This document shows positions 40,704-51,667 of a stretch of DNA of 58,881 nucleotides, one piece after another; the stretch's first letter is position 1; the number at the start of each line of letters is the position of its first letter. The notes beneath the pieces are model-generated. The model made no database searches and was not told the DNA's origin. It saw only the letters and a list, made by a program, of their open reading frames with translations. Source of the stretch: Candidatus Latescibacterota bacterium (lineage in GTDB: Bacteria > Latescibacterota > UBA2968 > UBA8231); assembly GCA_965205655.1 (NCBI GenBank), contig CBDBIJ010000073.1:1-58881 (forward strand), given 5' to 3'. Position numbers and translations under genes: made by a program.

Positions 40704-41639
40704 CTACTCCTCTTCACTGAGGGCCTTGATGTAAGTGATGATCTGCAACAGAGTCTCTTCGCTGATCTGGCCCTGAAAAGTAGGCATAATCGGCTTGTAA
40801 CCGTGCACGAGCTTCGACTGCGGTGTGAGAATTGACTCCCGTAGATAGGCCTCATCAGCTACCACCACTTCGCCGGAGGCGAGCTGTTGGGGATGCCCGA
40901 ACACGCCTATGAGCGACGGGCCCCGTCCGACATTTTCGACTTTGTGACACGTCTGGCAGCCTAGCTGTTTGAACTGCCTCTCTCCAGCTTCGGCCATGGT
41001 CTCGCCGCTGACGCCGCCGCTGAGCCAGTTCTGGTATTCGTCGGCCTCCATGACGACGACGCGACCAACCATTCTCGAATGCTCGGTGCCGCAGTACTCG
41101 GCGCAGAAAAGGTGGTACTCTCCCGTCTTCGTGGCCTCGAACCACATACTCGTGTAGCGACCCGGGACGACGTCTTTCTTGACCCGAAACGCCGGGATCG
41201 AGAACGCGTGGATCACATCCTCCGACGCCATGGTCAGATTCACAGGTTGATTGACGGGGATGTGGAGCTCGTTGATCTCGCGTTTTCCCTCTGGATGCTG
41301 AATTTTCCACATCCACTGCTTGCCCACCGCGTACATGTCGATGGCGTCACCCGGTACGCGGTACAACCTGAAGTATACCTCGGCGCCGAGCGCAAAGATG
41401 CCCAGGGATATAACCAGAGGGATGACGCTCCAGACGATCTCCAGCGGTACCGAGCCGTGCACGGGTTTTGGCCGCTCATCCTCCGAGCGGCGGCGGTACT
41501 TCACCGCGAAAAAGACGATGGCGAGAAAGATGGCGCCCAGAAACAGCAGGGTGAGCGCCACCAACAGGAAATAGAGGGCGTCCACCTGCCACGCTACGGT
41601 GGAAGCGAGCTCCGGATGAAGTGAGAATTCTTTTGACAT
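40704..41639 (-). CDS. ctaC: Cytochrome c oxidase subunit II with fused cytochrome c (caa3)
   Basis: DVIH and [12 protein letters not shown]uA motif; C-terminal CQTCH...MP heme c. Confidence 0.93.
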   Translation of the reverse strand: MSKEFSLHPELASTVAWQVDALYFLLVALTLLFLGAIFLAIVFFAVKYRRRSEDERPKPVHGSVPLEIVWSVIPLVISLGIFALGAEVYFRLYRVPGDAIDMYAVGKQWMWKIQHPEGKREINELHIPVNQPVNLTMASEDVIHAFSIPAFRVKKDVVPGRYTSMWFEATKTGEYHLFCAEYCGTEHSRMVGRVVVMEADEYQNWLSGGVSGETMAEAGERQFKQLGCQTCHKVENVGRGPSLIGVFGHPQQLASGEVVVADEAYLRESILTPQSKLVHGYKPIMPTFQGQISEETLLQIITYIKALSEEE

Positions 41640-41664
41640 CGACCTTCTGCTTAGCCTATTCGCT

Positions 41665-42495
41665 CTAGGCGTCGACCGGAGTCACGCCGCCCCGTCGCTC
41701 CCGGCGGATCATGACGACGATGAAGGTGGCCAGGGCCGCAACGGTGGCGAAGCCGGCCACTCTGAGAGAGTTCATGATTACGAGACCGTACTTGCCCGTC
41801 GTCGCGTCGTACTGGTAGCACAAGAGAAGGAGCTGATCGACGGCAGAGCCGATTCTGTTCTGAGACGCCTCCACGAGGCCGAGTCGAAGATCCTTGGGGG
41901 CGTACTCGATGCCGTAGAAATAGCGAGCGAGCTTTGCACCGGGCGTGAGAACCATGACGCCACTGGCGTGGATGTAGAGATCGGTCTCCGGATCGTAGCG
42001 GTAGCGGAATCCGACCTCCTCGGCGAGTTCCGAGATGTTCTTCTGGTCTCCAGTGAGAAAGTGCCACCCCTCTCCCGCTCCTTCGCGGCCATATCCGCTC
42101 ACATAATGCCGTTTCTTTGCCGCAGCGAGCTGTGGTGGCTCACCAGGGTCTATGCTCACCACAACGACGTCGAAGTCCCGACCCACATCGAAGGAGAGGG
42201 CGCGCAGACTTCTGAGCAGCCCGTTCAGCACTTGGGTGCAGAGCATGGGGCACTCGTAGTACACGAGAGAGAGGACGACGGGTCTTTCTCCGAAGTAGTC
42301 CCCGAGGGTCACGCCCCGTCCGAACTCGTCTCTGAATTCGAGATCGAGAGGGAGCTGATTGTCCAGCTTCTGATCGATGCCGATGTCATCGGCCAAGCCG
42401 GAGTCGAGCGGCTGCCCATTCAGGGCGCCAGATGTGAGACTCAGGAGGCAGCAGGCGCTGAGCAACCCAACAACTGTTGGCACCTCTCGCATCAT
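41665..42495 (-). CDS. SCO1/SenC family copper chaperone
   Basis: YYECPMLC CxxxC motif and conserved His. Confidence 0.88.
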   Translation of the reverse strand: MMREVPTVVGLLSACCLLSLTSGALNGQPLDSGLADDIGIDQKLDNQLPLDLEFRDEFGRGVTLGDYFGERPVVLSLVYYECPMLCTQVLNGLLRSLRALSFDVGRDFDVVVVSIDPGEPPQLAAAKKRHYVSGYGREGAGEGWHFLTGDQKNISELAEEVGFRYRYDPETDLYIHASGVMVLTPGAKLARYFYGIEYAPKDLRLGLVEASQNRIGSAVDQLLLLCYQYDATTGKYGLVIMNSLRVAGFATVAALATFIVVMIRRERRGGVTPVDA

Positions 42496-42911
42496 TGGCC
42501 AGAGCTCTCCTGCGGCGTGCCTGCGCTTCCCGTTTTCACCGGCAGTCCGCGCTGCGCCAGAATGTCCATGGCTCGGTCGATGGGAATGCGAACGACGCCC
42601 CGCTCGCGGTCGACCCAGTCGTAGGTTGTGAGCACGGTCTGTTCAATCTCCTTCAACTCGAATTTTTGCTGTGGCGGATCGACCTGTAGGCGCGGCTCGG
42701 ATGACACCTCTCTGAGATCTGCGAGGGCGTGAGGCTCTTCGTCGAAGAAGGGCTGATAGTAAGCGAACACCTTGAACAGAATTACCATGCTCACGAATGA
42801 GAAGGCGATGAGCACGGCCATTGCGATGCCGACGCGCGCCAATGGCCCCGCGGCGGCATCGGTGCGTTCGTGCCCGGGGTGCGCGGCACCGTGGCTGGCG
42901 GATTCAGCCAT
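42492..42911 (-). CDS. actG: Alternative complex III subunit ActG-like
   Basis: Single TM, PRLQ, YDWVD..GVVRIPIDRAM; position after actF. Confidence 0.7.
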   Translation of the reverse strand: MAESASHGAAHPGHERTDAAAGPLARVGIAMAVLIAFSFVSMVILFKVFAYYQPFFDEEPHALADLREVSSEPRLQVDPPQQKFELKEIEQTVLTTYDWVDRERGVVRIPIDRAMDILAQRGLPVKTGSAGTPQESSGQ

Positions 42912-44124
42912 GATGTTCGCGCCCCTCGGCTGCCAGCGCAGCGAAGTCGAATCGCGGATCGTTGAGTGGCACGAGTGAGCGCGTGGTGAGCTGGCCGAAG
43001 AAGACGTAGAGCCACAGGCCCCCGATGCCCATCGGGATGACGATGTCGAGCAAACTCACAGAAAAGCCGGCATGACCGCCGTGCGTCTGGAGCGCCGGGG
43101 CGGTAATCCAGAACAGATCGACCAATCGCATGAACACGATGCCGGAGGCGACGGTGACGAGGATGGGAATCCGTGCCTTGATTCGACTCGACACGAGGAG
43201 CACGAAGGGGATGCCGAAGTGCGCGAAGATGAGCGTGTACCCCACATTCTGCCACCCGCCCCGCAGTCTGGTGAGATACCAGCCGATCTCTTCGGGCAGA
43301 TTGCCGGCCCAGATGATGAGCAGCTGGGAGTAGGAGGTGTATGCCCACAACATGACGAAAGCGAGCATGAGTGTTCCCAGGTCCCGCAGCCGATCGTTTG
43401 TGAGCAGCGCGTTCAACGGCTCGCGACGCGATAGCGACACGGATACGAGGATCATGAAGGCCCAGGTCAGTAGCATCTGGCCGATGATGTAGATGGCGGC
43501 ATACATCGTTGAGAACCAGTGCGGCTCTATAGACATGATCCAGTCGATGGCGGCGAGGGTGGCGGCGAGTACGAACACGACGAAGCCCGGGCCGCTCAGA
43601 ACCTGCATTCGCCGCGTGGGGTATGTCTCCTTCGTCCGGTCCTGCTGGGCCGACCACCTGTTGAGGAGAAAGGCCAGGATTCCCCAGATGACGAAATAGA
43701 TCAGCGACCGGGTCACGAAGAAGGGGACGTTGAGAAAGACACTCTTCTGTTGAAGGATTGGATCGGCGGCGACGACCTCTTCGTGGCTCCACTCGTAGAG
43801 CTCGTGTATGCCGAGGGCCACGGGGATGCTCAACACAAACATGAGGGGCAGGGTTCGGGTGCCGGCCTCCAGCATGCGACGGATGGCAAAGCCCCAGCGG
43901 CCGCCGGCCAGATGGTGCAGCATGAGCACGGCGAGGCAACCCAAGGACAGCCCCATCCAGTAGATGAATCCGAGGAGGTAGGAACGAAAGAACTGTTCGT
44001 CGTCCGACAGATAGCCCACGACGGCCAGCGCCACACCGACGAGGCCGACGATCAAGGCCTTCTTTCTGGCGCCGCCGAGGTGTGGTACCAGGGCCTGAGT
44101 CTGTTGAATCAGCTCTTCGTTCAT
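42904..44124 (-). CDS. actF: Alternative complex III subunit ActF
   Basis: Polytopic; DWIMSIEPHWFST, DLGTL, LIIWAGNLPEE. Confidence 0.88.
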   Translation of the reverse strand: MNEELIQQTQALVPHLGGARKKALIVGLVGVALAVVGYLSDDEQFFRSYLLGFIYWMGLSLGCLAVLMLHHLAGGRWGFAIRRMLEAGTRTLPLMFVLSIPVALGIHELYEWSHEEVVAADPILQQKSVFLNVPFFVTRSLIYFVIWGILAFLLNRWSAQQDRTKETYPTRRMQVLSGPGFVVFVLAATLAAIDWIMSIEPHWFSTMYAAIYIIGQMLLTWAFMILVSVSLSRREPLNALLTNDRLRDLGTLMLAFVMLWAYTSYSQLLIIWAGNLPEEIGWYLTRLRGGWQNVGYTLIFAHFGIPFVLLVSSRIKARIPILVTVASGIVFMRLVDLFWITAPALQTHGGHAGFSVSLLDIVIPMGIGGLWLYVFFGQLTTRSLVPLNDPRFDFAALAAEGREHHG

Positions 44125-44750
44125 TGAAAATGCTTTCGGTCTTCCGAGGGCAGCTGGTCCAGTTCAGCAGACTGGGCGAACTGCAGAGCCCGGATATAGG
44201 CCGCGATCGCCCAGCGGTCCTTCACGGAGATTCGCGAGGCGTAGCTGTACATGACGCCGAAGCCATTCGTCGGCACGTCAAAAAAGTGACCGATCGCCAC
44301 CTCGCGCAGTCGCTCCTCGTGGTAGGAGGGCGGTTGCTTCTTCAGTCCCCGCTGGACGACGAGGCCGTTGCCGCGCCCGGTGCGATCGTGACAGGGCGCG
44401 CAGTAGATGTTGTAGCGTTCCTCACCGCGTTCAAGTACTGCCCTCGTCACCTCGAACGGAACGGTCGTGGCAAACTCGCCATTCACCTTGCCCTCGTACA
44501 GGTGCTCGTCGAGTCGCAGCTGTCCCCGCGCCACCGTCCCTTCGATCGGCTGACGGCCGGAGAGGCCATCGTCGAAGAAGGAGGATGCCTCAAACGGCTC
44601 GTAGCGCGGCTGATCGTACATGGCCTGGCGCAGCTCGCAGCCGGTGACGAGCAGCGCCACACCGAGGACCGCGAGGACGCCGCCGCGTGCCCAATGGCCG
44701 TGTGCCCGTGCCATGCACGTCGGCAACGTTCGACGGTCAGGGATCCACAT
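44121..44750 (-). CDS. actE: Alternative complex III monoheme cytochrome c lipoprotein ActE
   Basis: Lipobox VTGC, MYDQPRY, CAPCH, NGFGVM, DRWAIAAYIRALQ. Confidence 0.88.
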   Translation of the reverse strand: MWIPDRRTLPTCMARAHGHWARGGVLAVLGVALLVTGCELRQAMYDQPRYEPFEASSFFDDGLSGRQPIEGTVARGQLRLDEHLYEGKVNGEFATTVPFEVTRAVLERGEERYNIYCAPCHDRTGRGNGLVVQRGLKKQPPSYHEERLREVAIGHFFDVPTNGFGVMYSYASRISVKDRWAIAAYIRALQFAQSAELDQLPSEDRKHFQ

Positions 44751-45279
44751 CGCACACCTCGATCGAGCCAAGATCCCGAAGAAACGACCTCGTCGATTCC
44801 GCGTCGTAGAGCGGGTCATCAGCCTCGATGCACAGGAAAAAGCCGTCCTGACTCGCCTTCGAGAATGAGGGAACGTTGAACACCGGATGGTACGGCGTGG
44901 GTAGCTTGTTGCGAATCCACAGGCCGAAGAAAGTGCCCACGGCGGCGAAGAGGATCGTCACCTCGAAGGTGACGGGAATGAACATGAGGCCGCTGTGATG
45001 GGGCCGCCCGCCGATGTTGATCGGGTAGTCGATGGTGTGGATCCAGTACTGCAGCGAATAGCCGCAGATCGCCCCCAGGAGACCACAGATGAACGTCCCG
45101 ATTGGGAGGTTTGTCCTGGCAAAACCGATCGCCGGCGCCAGGCCGTGAATGGGGAAGGGGGAGTAGGCGTCGATCTTTCGATAACCCGCCTCGTGAGTCC
45201 GCTTCGCGGCATCGAGCAGCTGCTCCGGCTGCTCGAATTCGGCCATGAGGCCGTAGTGCGATTGTGTTCGCTCTTCCAT
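44737..45279 (-). CDS. actD: Alternative complex III subunit ActD (DUF3341)
   Basis: DAYSPFPIHG, YPINIGGRP, FIPVTFE. Confidence 0.88.
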   Translation of the reverse strand: MEERTQSHYGLMAEFEQPEQLLDAAKRTHEAGYRKIDAYSPFPIHGLAPAIGFARTNLPIGTFICGLLGAICGYSLQYWIHTIDYPINIGGRPHHSGLMFIPVTFEVTILFAAVGTFFGLWIRNKLPTPYHPVFNVPSFSKASQDGFFLCIEADDPLYDAESTRSFLRDLGSIEVCDVDP

Positions 45280-45291
45280 AATCTGTAGCTA

Positions 45292-46468
45292 GTGTATTGT
45301 CGTATAAATAACTTGTACTAGTACAGTTGTGTGGTTAAGTTTCATCCAGACCTATTCCACAAACAAGGAACGGAGGAAACTCATGCCACGCGGACGCTTT
45401 CTTCCACCTCTCGAAATGACGGGGCAAACTCGGCAGCAATTGGAATCAATGGCCAAATCTCGATCCCTGCCGCACGGTTTGGTGCGACGCGCCGAGATCG
45501 TGTTGCTGGCCGCCGAGGGATGGCCCAACAAGGCCATCGGCGAAGCTGTGGGGCTGTCACAAGTGACCGTCGGCAAGTGGCGTCGTCGCTTCGTGGAAAA
45601 CGGCCTCAACGGGTTGTACGACGAGCTGCGACCCGGTGCGCCCCGATCGATCTCGGACGAACAAGTGGCCGAGGTGGTATACAAGACACTGAAGACCAAG
45701 CCGGAGGACAAAACCCAGTGGACGGTGCGCTCCATGGGCGAGGAGACCGGCCTGACCAAGGACGCGGTCCATCGCATCTGGCGCACATTCGGCTTACAGC
45801 CGCACCGGACCCAGAATTTCAAGCTGTCCACTGATCCTTTCTTCGTGGATAAGGTGCGCGATGTTGTGGGCTTGTATCTCAACCCGCCCGACCATGCCGT
45901 CGTCCTGTGCGTTGACGAGAAGAGCCAAGTGCAGGCTCTGGAGCGCAGTCAGCCGTTGCTGCCGCTGGGCCTGGGCTACGCGGAGGGCGTCACCCACGAC
46001 TACAAGCGACACGGCACCACAACGCTGTTTGCCGCTCTGGATATGGCCACCGGTGAAGTCCTGACTCAGTGCAAGCCTCGTCATCGCCATCAGGAGTTTT
46101 TGCAGTTCCTACGCCATATCGACGCGAACGTGCCTGCGGATCTGGACGTTCACTTGATCGTCGACAACTACGGCACCCACAAGTACGCCAGCGTCAAGAA
46201 GTGGTTGGCCAGCCGGCCCCGATTCCACCTCCACTTTACTCCGACCTACGCCTCGTGGCTCAACCAGGTCGAGATCTGGTTCAACATCATCACGCGGCGA
46301 GCCATCCGGCGTGGCTCATTCCGCAAGGTCAAAGAGCTCATTCAGAGGATCGAGCGCTACACCGACAAATGGAACGCCAACGCCCATCCCTTTGGGTGGA
46401 CGGCCACGGCCGACTCGATCCTTGCCAAGGTCAAACGAATATGTCAATGTATTTCTGCGACGGAACAC
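45292..46468 (+). mobile_element. IS630-family insertion sequence at a CTAG site (TA duplication)
   Basis: CTAG at 45289-45292 and 46468-46471. Imperfect IRs GTGTattGTCGtatAAATA and GTGTtccGTCGcagAAATA. Confidence 0.9.
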
Positions 46469-46471
46469 TAG
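45383..46471 (+). CDS. IS630 family transposase
   Basis: HTH (KWRRRF, RPGAP), [36 protein letters not shown]. Confidence 0.93.
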   Translation: MPRGRFLPPLEMTGQTRQQLESMAKSRSLPHGLVRRAEIVLLAAEGWPNKAIGEAVGLSQVTVGKWRRRFVENGLNGLYDELRPGAPRSISDEQVAEVVYKTLKTKPEDKTQWTVRSMGEETGLTKDAVHRIWRTFGLQPHRTQNFKLSTDPFFVDKVRDVVGLYLNPPDHAVVLCVDEKSQVQALERSQPLLPLGLGYAEGVTHDYKRHGTTTLFAALDMATGEVLTQCKPRHRHQEFLQFLRHIDANVPADLDVHLIVDNYGTHKYASVKKWLASRPRFHLHFTPTYASWLNQVEIWFNIITRRAIRRGSFRKVKELIQRIERYTDKWNANAHPFGWTATADSILAKVKRICQCISATEH

Positions 46472-47853
46472 CGCTTGTTGCCCTTGATGGGCACGAGGGT
46501 GCGAATTTCGTGGATGGCGATGATCGGCCCACCGCGAACGAACATGAAGAAACAGAAAAGGAAGAAGCCGATCGTGCCCGCATAGGTGGCCCAGTCCCAG
46601 ATGGTGGGGTAGTACATGTCCCACGAAGAAGGCATGAACTCGCGGTGAAGACTGACGACGACGATGATGAAGCGCTCCAACCACATTCCCACATTGATGA
46701 ACATGGAGACTAAGAAGAGCCAGAACGTGCTGAGCCTGACCTTTTTAGACCACAGTAGCTGGGGCACGATGATGTTGCACAGGATGAGGGCCCAATAGAA
46801 GTGGCCGTATGGTCCGCTCATCCTGTTTTCCATCATATAGGTCTCGAAAGGGCTGGCGCTGTACCAGGAGATAAACAGCTCCATGAAGTAGCCGTAGGCG
46901 ACAATCAGCCCGGCTACGAGCATGACCTTGCCCATGTTGTCGAGATGGCGATTGGTGATGAAGTCCTGCAGACCGTACAGCCTTCGCACAGGAATCATCA
47001 ACGTGAGGACCATGGCGAATCCCGCAAAGATGGCGCCGGCGACGAAGTAGGGAGGGAAGATGGTCGTGTGCCAGCCCGGTACGATGGCAATGGCGAAGTC
47101 GAGGCTGACGACGCTGTGCACGGACAGCACGAGCGGCGTGGCCAGGCCGGCCAACATGAGTGAAGCCATCTCATACCGCTCCCAGTGCACGGCCGACCCT
47201 CTCCAGCCCATCGCCAGGACGCCGTATATGATCTGGGTGATCCGGTTCTTGGCGCGATCCCGGAAGCTGGCAAAGTCGGGCACCATCCCCAGATACCAGA
47301 ACAGGAGTGAGACCGTGAGGTAGGTCCCCACGGCGAAGACGTCCCAGATCAGCGGCGATCGGAACTGGGGCCAGATATCCATGGAGTTGGGATACGGGAA
47401 GAGCCAGTAGATCGCCAGCCAGGGCCGGCCGGTGTGGATGACCGGAAAAATGCCGGCGCACATGACGGCGAAAATCGTCATGGCCTCGGCGGAGCGGTTG
47501 ATGGAAGTGCGCCACTTCTGCCGGAACAGGAGGAGAACCGCCGAGATGAGCGTGCCGGCGTGGCCGATTCCGATCCACCACACGAAGTTGATGATGGCGA
47601 ACCCCCAGCCGATCGGGATGTTCAGCCCCCACACCCCGACGCCTTCGTAAAGCAGCCAGGCGATGGCGATGTTCAAGATGCCCATCAGGCTCATCCCGAT
47701 CGCCACCGTCACCATCCACGTCAGCGGTGTGCGCCGGGTCAGGACGATGTTGCCGATCGCCTCGGTGATCGAGGTGTACGACGACTGACCGGGTCCCAGT
47801 TCGGGCGCCGGTGCGGTGTAGGGTCGACGGGACTTTTGTGGCACTTCCGACAT
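46468..47853 (-). CDS. actC: Alternative complex III subunit ActC (NrfD/polysulfide reductase family)
   Basis: [51 protein letters not shown]. Confidence 0.92.
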   Translation of the reverse strand: MSEVPQKSRRPYTAPAPELGPGQSSYTSITEAIGNIVLTRRTPLTWMVTVAIGMSLMGILNIAIAWLLYEGVGVWGLNIPIGWGFAIINFVWWIGIGHAGTLISAVLLLFRQKWRTSINRSAEAMTIFAVMCAGIFPVIHTGRPWLAIYWLFPYPNSMDIWPQFRSPLIWDVFAVGTYLTVSLLFWYLGMVPDFASFRDRAKNRITQIIYGVLAMGWRGSAVHWERYEMASLMLAGLATPLVLSVHSVVSLDFAIAIVPGWHTTIFPPYFVAGAIFAGFAMVLTLMIPVRRLYGLQDFITNRHLDNMGKVMLVAGLIVAYGYFMELFISWYSASPFETYMMENRMSGPYGHFYWALILCNIIVPQLLWSKKVRLSTFWLFLVSMFINVGMWLERFIIVVVSLHREFMPSSWDMYYPTIWDWATYAGTIGFFLFCFFMFVRGGPIIAIHEIRTLVPIKGNKR

Positions 47854-47868
47854 CGCTATCGCCTGTCG

Positions 47869-50800
47869 CTAACCCTCGCCAATCTCGGGGTTCGGGTTCT
47901 TGACCCGGGCCAGGTAGGTCGTGCGAGGCCGGGTGTTCAACTCCGCGAGCATGCCGTAGTTGAGCGGCGACGCTTTCGATTGGCTCACCTTGCTCGAGGG
48001 GTCGTTGATGTTTCCGAAAACGATGGCCTCGGTGGGGCAGGCCTGCTGGCACGCCGTCTGAATCTGGCCGTCCGTGATTGGCTGACCGGATTTTTTGGAA
48101 TCGATGCGGGCGGCGTTGATCCGTTGGGTGCAGTAGGTGCACTTCTCCATGACGCCGCGATATCGTACGGTCACGTCAGGATTGCGCTGTAGCTTCAGGC
48201 TCGGCGTGTCTCTGTCGGCGTACTGGAGCCAGTTGAAGCGCCGAACTTTATAGGGGCAGTTGTTGGAGCAGTAGCGCGTGCCGACGCAGCGGTTGTAGAT
48301 CATGTCGTTGAGGCCCTCTTCGCTATGCGAGGTGGCCGTCACCGGGCAGACGAGCTCGCAATGGGCATTTTCACACTGCATGCACGGTACGGGCTGATTG
48401 AGAATCTCGGGGTCATCGAGATCGGCGGTGTAGTAGCGATCGACGCGGATCCACGACATCTCGCGACCGTTGAGAACCTCCTCCTTGCCCACGATAGGGA
48501 TGTTGTTTTCAGCCTGACATGCCACCGAACAGGCGTTGCATCCGATGCAGGCATTGAGGTCGATGGCCATGCCCCACTGGTTGCCCTTCGAGTAGTCGAA
48601 GCCCGAATACAGCGTGAAATCCTCGCCCGGCTCGTGGACCCCTTCGTGGGCGAAATGAGGATGCTTTTCGTACTCCTCGAGGTCGGCGTGACGGACGAGA
48701 TGCCGGCCTTCCATGCTATGATGATCCTGGGTACAGCCGAGGCGCCTGCTCTCGAAAGTCTTGATGAGCTGTAGCCCCCGGCCGCTCCAGGCGTGGCTCG
48801 TCGTCTTCAGCGAATAGGCGTTGAATCCGGTGCCGCGACCGACGCGTCCGATTTCTGTGCGGCCATACCCAAGATGAACCGTTACCACGTCGTTTGCCTG
48901 ACCTGGAACGATCCACACCGGAGCGCTCACCGATTTCTTGTCCAAGCTGAGCTCTACGAGCTGCTCATTGCTCAAGCCCAGTCGCTCCGCTGTCGCCGGG
49001 CTCACCAGAGCGGCGTTGTCCCAGGTGAGTTTCGTAACCGGTTTCGGCGTTTCCTGAAGCCAACCGTTGTTCGCCAGGCGGCCATCCCACACACTTGGAT
49101 CTGGACGGATGTGCAATTCGAGCTCTTCGTCGTCTAGGCCGACTGCGGCGGTCGAGGGGACGGAGAGGGGTTTCTTGAGGCGAACGCCTTTCGGCTCGAG
49201 GCGGGTTCCGGGAATGAGGCCGTCGTGAAGTGCTCGCTGCCAGTTGGCCTGGAAATTCGCGCCCGCCAGCGTCGGTTGCTTCTCCCAGTACTCGACGAGC
49301 AGGTCGAGGGCCGGCCGGCCGGCCTGACCGATCATCGAGCCGATCAGGTCGTGAGCCGACTTACTATTGTAGAGAGGCTTTATGAGAGGCTGAATGATCG
49401 ATGTCGTACCATCGAATGCCCTGATGTCGCTCCAGGATTCCAGGAAGTGCGACTCGGGAATATGCCAGTGGCACAGAGCTGAGGTCTCGTCCTCAGAGCC
49501 ACTCAGCTGAGCCCGGAACTCGACATGTTCCATGGCCCCGGCGAAGTCCAGATCCGCAGGTGACTCGTACGCCGGGTTGCCGCCCACGATGACCAGCGCC
49601 TCAACCTTTCCGGCGCTCATCGCCTCGACGAGCTCACTCAGCGATTCGGTCTGATCGACGGACTCCACCTCGAGAGGCTTCGTGTAGTGGACGGTCTCGC
49701 CGACGTTACCGAGTGCCTCATTCATGGCATGAGCGAGCGCGTGAACGATGGGCGCCTGATGGTCGCCCGCCACCACGACGCTGGCGCCGCGATGCCTTTT
49801 GAGATCTCGAACCAGGGGACGTATCCAACCGGACGCACGGTCGTGGCCCAGCTCGTCACCACCGCGCACATCGACGCCGAGCTCGCGGGCCACCGAAATC
49901 GTGAAAGCCTCGATGGCGCCAGTATCGAGCGCCATTCTGTGGTCGGCGATAGTGCCGGTCGCAGACGGCGTGCTCTCCACCGTGTAGAGCCGATTCATCC
50001 CGGTGTTGCCTTTTTCGCGCAGACGCCGCCCGGCAGCGAAATCGCGGGCGTAGTGGACGTACGAAGGGGCGTAGCAGAAATCCGAATCGAGAGACAGAAC
50101 CACCTGCGCCTTGGCGAATTCCAAATACGTGTTCACGGGTTCGCCAAAGGCGAGTAGCGCGCCGCGGCGAGCGTTATCGCGGTTGGCCGGTTCGTACTGG
50201 TGCCAGCGGGCTTCCGGCAGCTGTGACGTAAACGTGGTAAGCTGGTGACCGAGAGTCGGAGAGGTCACAGGCCCGGTAAGCACGCGCAGGCCGTCGCCCT
50301 TCTTGAGCCGGAGCACCTCGAGTTTCTGTTCGAGACTCTGTACGAAGTTGCCCCAGGTGCTGATCCGACCCGCGTTCTTTACGACTTCGGACCGATCCGG
50401 GTCATACAGGTCGAGGATGGCCGCCTGAGTGAATGAGTGCGTTCCGCCGAGACTGGCCGGATGCTCCGGGTTTCCCTCGATCTTTGTCGGTCGGCCCATG
50501 TGACTCTCGACGAGGATACCGGCGCCAAGACCGCCAAACGGAATGGCCGTGGCGTAGTAGAGCGGTTTACCCGGGATCATGTTTTCCGGGGCGCGAACCC
50601 ACGGCACGATCTTCTCCTCGGGCTGAATCGTGCAGTTAATCAGCCCGCCGAAAGCCAGCGAGGCGCCCATAAGCTTGAGGAAGTTGCGCCGACTGACCCC
50701 GTCCGAGAATTCCGATGCCTGCTCGGGAAATTCCCGGTGCAGCATCTCCTGGAACTCCTCGGTCTGGGCGACCTCGTCCAGGCTGCGCCAGTAGTCGCGT

Positions 50801-50874
50801 CCCTCGGATTCGGCAAGCCGAGCTCGAATCTGACTCAGATCCAGCTCTTTGCGGCTCAGTAGCAGCTCCGTCAT
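47869..50874 (-). CDS. actB: Alternative complex III subunit ActB (molybdopterin-oxidoreductase-like plus Fe-S domain)
   Basis: YWRSL, Tat motif SRRNFLK, GRPTKIEGNP, and Cys clusters CIGCNAC, CMQCENAHC, CVGTRYC, EKCTYC. Confidence 0.92.
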   Translation of the reverse strand: MTELLLSRKELDLSQIRARLAESEGRDYWRSLDEVAQTEEFQEMLHREFPEQASEFSDGVSRRNFLKLMGASLAFGGLINCTIQPEEKIVPWVRAPENMIPGKPLYYATAIPFGGLGAGILVESHMGRPTKIEGNPEHPASLGGTHSFTQAAILDLYDPDRSEVVKNAGRISTWGNFVQSLEQKLEVLRLKKGDGLRVLTGPVTSPTLGHQLTTFTSQLPEARWHQYEPANRDNARRGALLAFGEPVNTYLEFAKAQVVLSLDSDFCYAPSYVHYARDFAAGRRLREKGNTGMNRLYTVESTPSATGTIADHRMALDTGAIEAFTISVARELGVDVRGGDELGHDRASGWIRPLVRDLKRHRGASVVVAGDHQAPIVHALAHAMNEALGNVGETVHYTKPLEVESVDQTESLSELVEAMSAGKVEALVIVGGNPAYESPADLDFAGAMEHVEFRAQLSGSEDETSALCHWHIPESHFLESWSDIRAFDGTTSIIQPLIKPLYNSKSAHDLIGSMIGQAGRPALDLLVEYWEKQPTLAGANFQANWQRALHDGLIPGTRLEPKGVRLKKPLSVPSTAAVGLDDEELELHIRPDPSVWDGRLANNGWLQETPKPVTKLTWDNAALVSPATAERLGLSNEQLVELSLDKKSVSAPVWIVPGQANDVVTVHLGYGRTEIGRVGRGTGFNAYSLKTTSHAWSGRGLQLIKTFESRRLGCTQDHHSMEGRHLVRHADLEEYEKHPHFAHEGVHEPGEDFTLYSGFDYSKGNQWGMAIDLNACIGCNACSVACQAENNIPIVGKEEVLNGREMSWIRVDRYYTADLDDPEILNQPVPCMQCENAHCELVCPVTATSHSEEGLNDMIYNRCVGTRYCSNNCPYKVRRFNWLQYADRDTPSLKLQRNPDVTVRYRGVMEKCTYCTQRINAARIDSKKSGQPITDGQIQTACQQACPTEAIVFGNINDPSSKVSQSKASPLNYGMLAELNTRPRTTYLARVKNPNPEIGEG

Positions 50875-51527
50875 AGGTGGCACACCGAGCAGTCGGTCAA
50901 TTGGACTGTTCTCACGTCGTATTCGCGCACGAGTTTCCGACCCTGTTCCTCCTGATTCGCTGGGGGTTCCCAGTTCATGTTGAACACCTCCGAGCGAGGA
51001 CGGATGTGTTTCTCCGGCTTCTTGTGGCACTCGAGGCACCATTCCATGTTGAGAGTGTTCGCCTTCATTACGAGCGGCATCTGGTCGACCTGGCCGTGAC
51101 AGGTCTGGCAGCCGATGCCCTTGTTCACGTGGATGTCATGTTTGAAATAGACGAAGTCCGGCAGATCGTGAATCCTCGTCCACTGCAGGGGCTCGTTCTC
51201 CCGGAAGCTGGCTCGAACGGGCTCGAGGATGGGCGCCTCCGTCCACAACATCGAGTGACAGGTCATGCACGTCTCGGTGGCGGGAATGCCGGCGAATGCG
51301 GATTCCTCCACCGTGGTGTGGCAGTAGCGGCAGTCGATGCCGATGCCGGTGACGTGATGTTTGTGGCTGAACGGAACAGGCTGGGCCTTCGGATTGGCGA
51401 CATCGCTCACATAGTCGAGGCGGTTGATGTTCAAGAGGATTCCGAAGAGCGTGCCGCCGATAACGAGCCCGCTGACGAGGGACAGCCTCGCGACCCAGTT
51501 CATGCCGCGACCGAAGACCTGCGCCAT
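50871..51527 (-). CDS. actA: Alternative complex III pentaheme cytochrome ActA
   Basis: N-terminal TM and five CxxCH (CRYCH, CMTCH, CQTCH, CLECH, CSVCH). Confidence 0.92.
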   Translation of the reverse strand: MAQVFGRGMNWVARLSLVSGLVIGGTLFGILLNINRLDYVSDVANPKAQPVPFSHKHHVTGIGIDCRYCHTTVEESAFAGIPATETCMTCHSMLWTEAPILEPVRASFRENEPLQWTRIHDLPDFVYFKHDIHVNKGIGCQTCHGQVDQMPLVMKANTLNMEWCLECHKKPEKHIRPRSEVFNMNWEPPANQEEQGRKLVREYDVRTVQLTDCSVCHL

Positions 51528-51638
51528 CTATTTCAACTCATTAGTTCGGAGAAGGTGATGGGCCAAAATACGGTGTCGGGTCAATCGCCGTCCTGCAAGA
51601 TCCGGCACAGCCGCCCACCGCCAAAAAAATGCGGCTAC

Positions 51639-51667
51639 AACGTAGGTCTGCCTTTGCGTAAAGTCAA
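51639..51667 (-). promoter_or_regulatory. Candidate sigma70 promoter for act-cox operon (TTGACT-17-TACGTT)
   Basis: Minus-strand -35 at 51667-51662 and -10 at 51644-51639. Confidence 0.5.
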
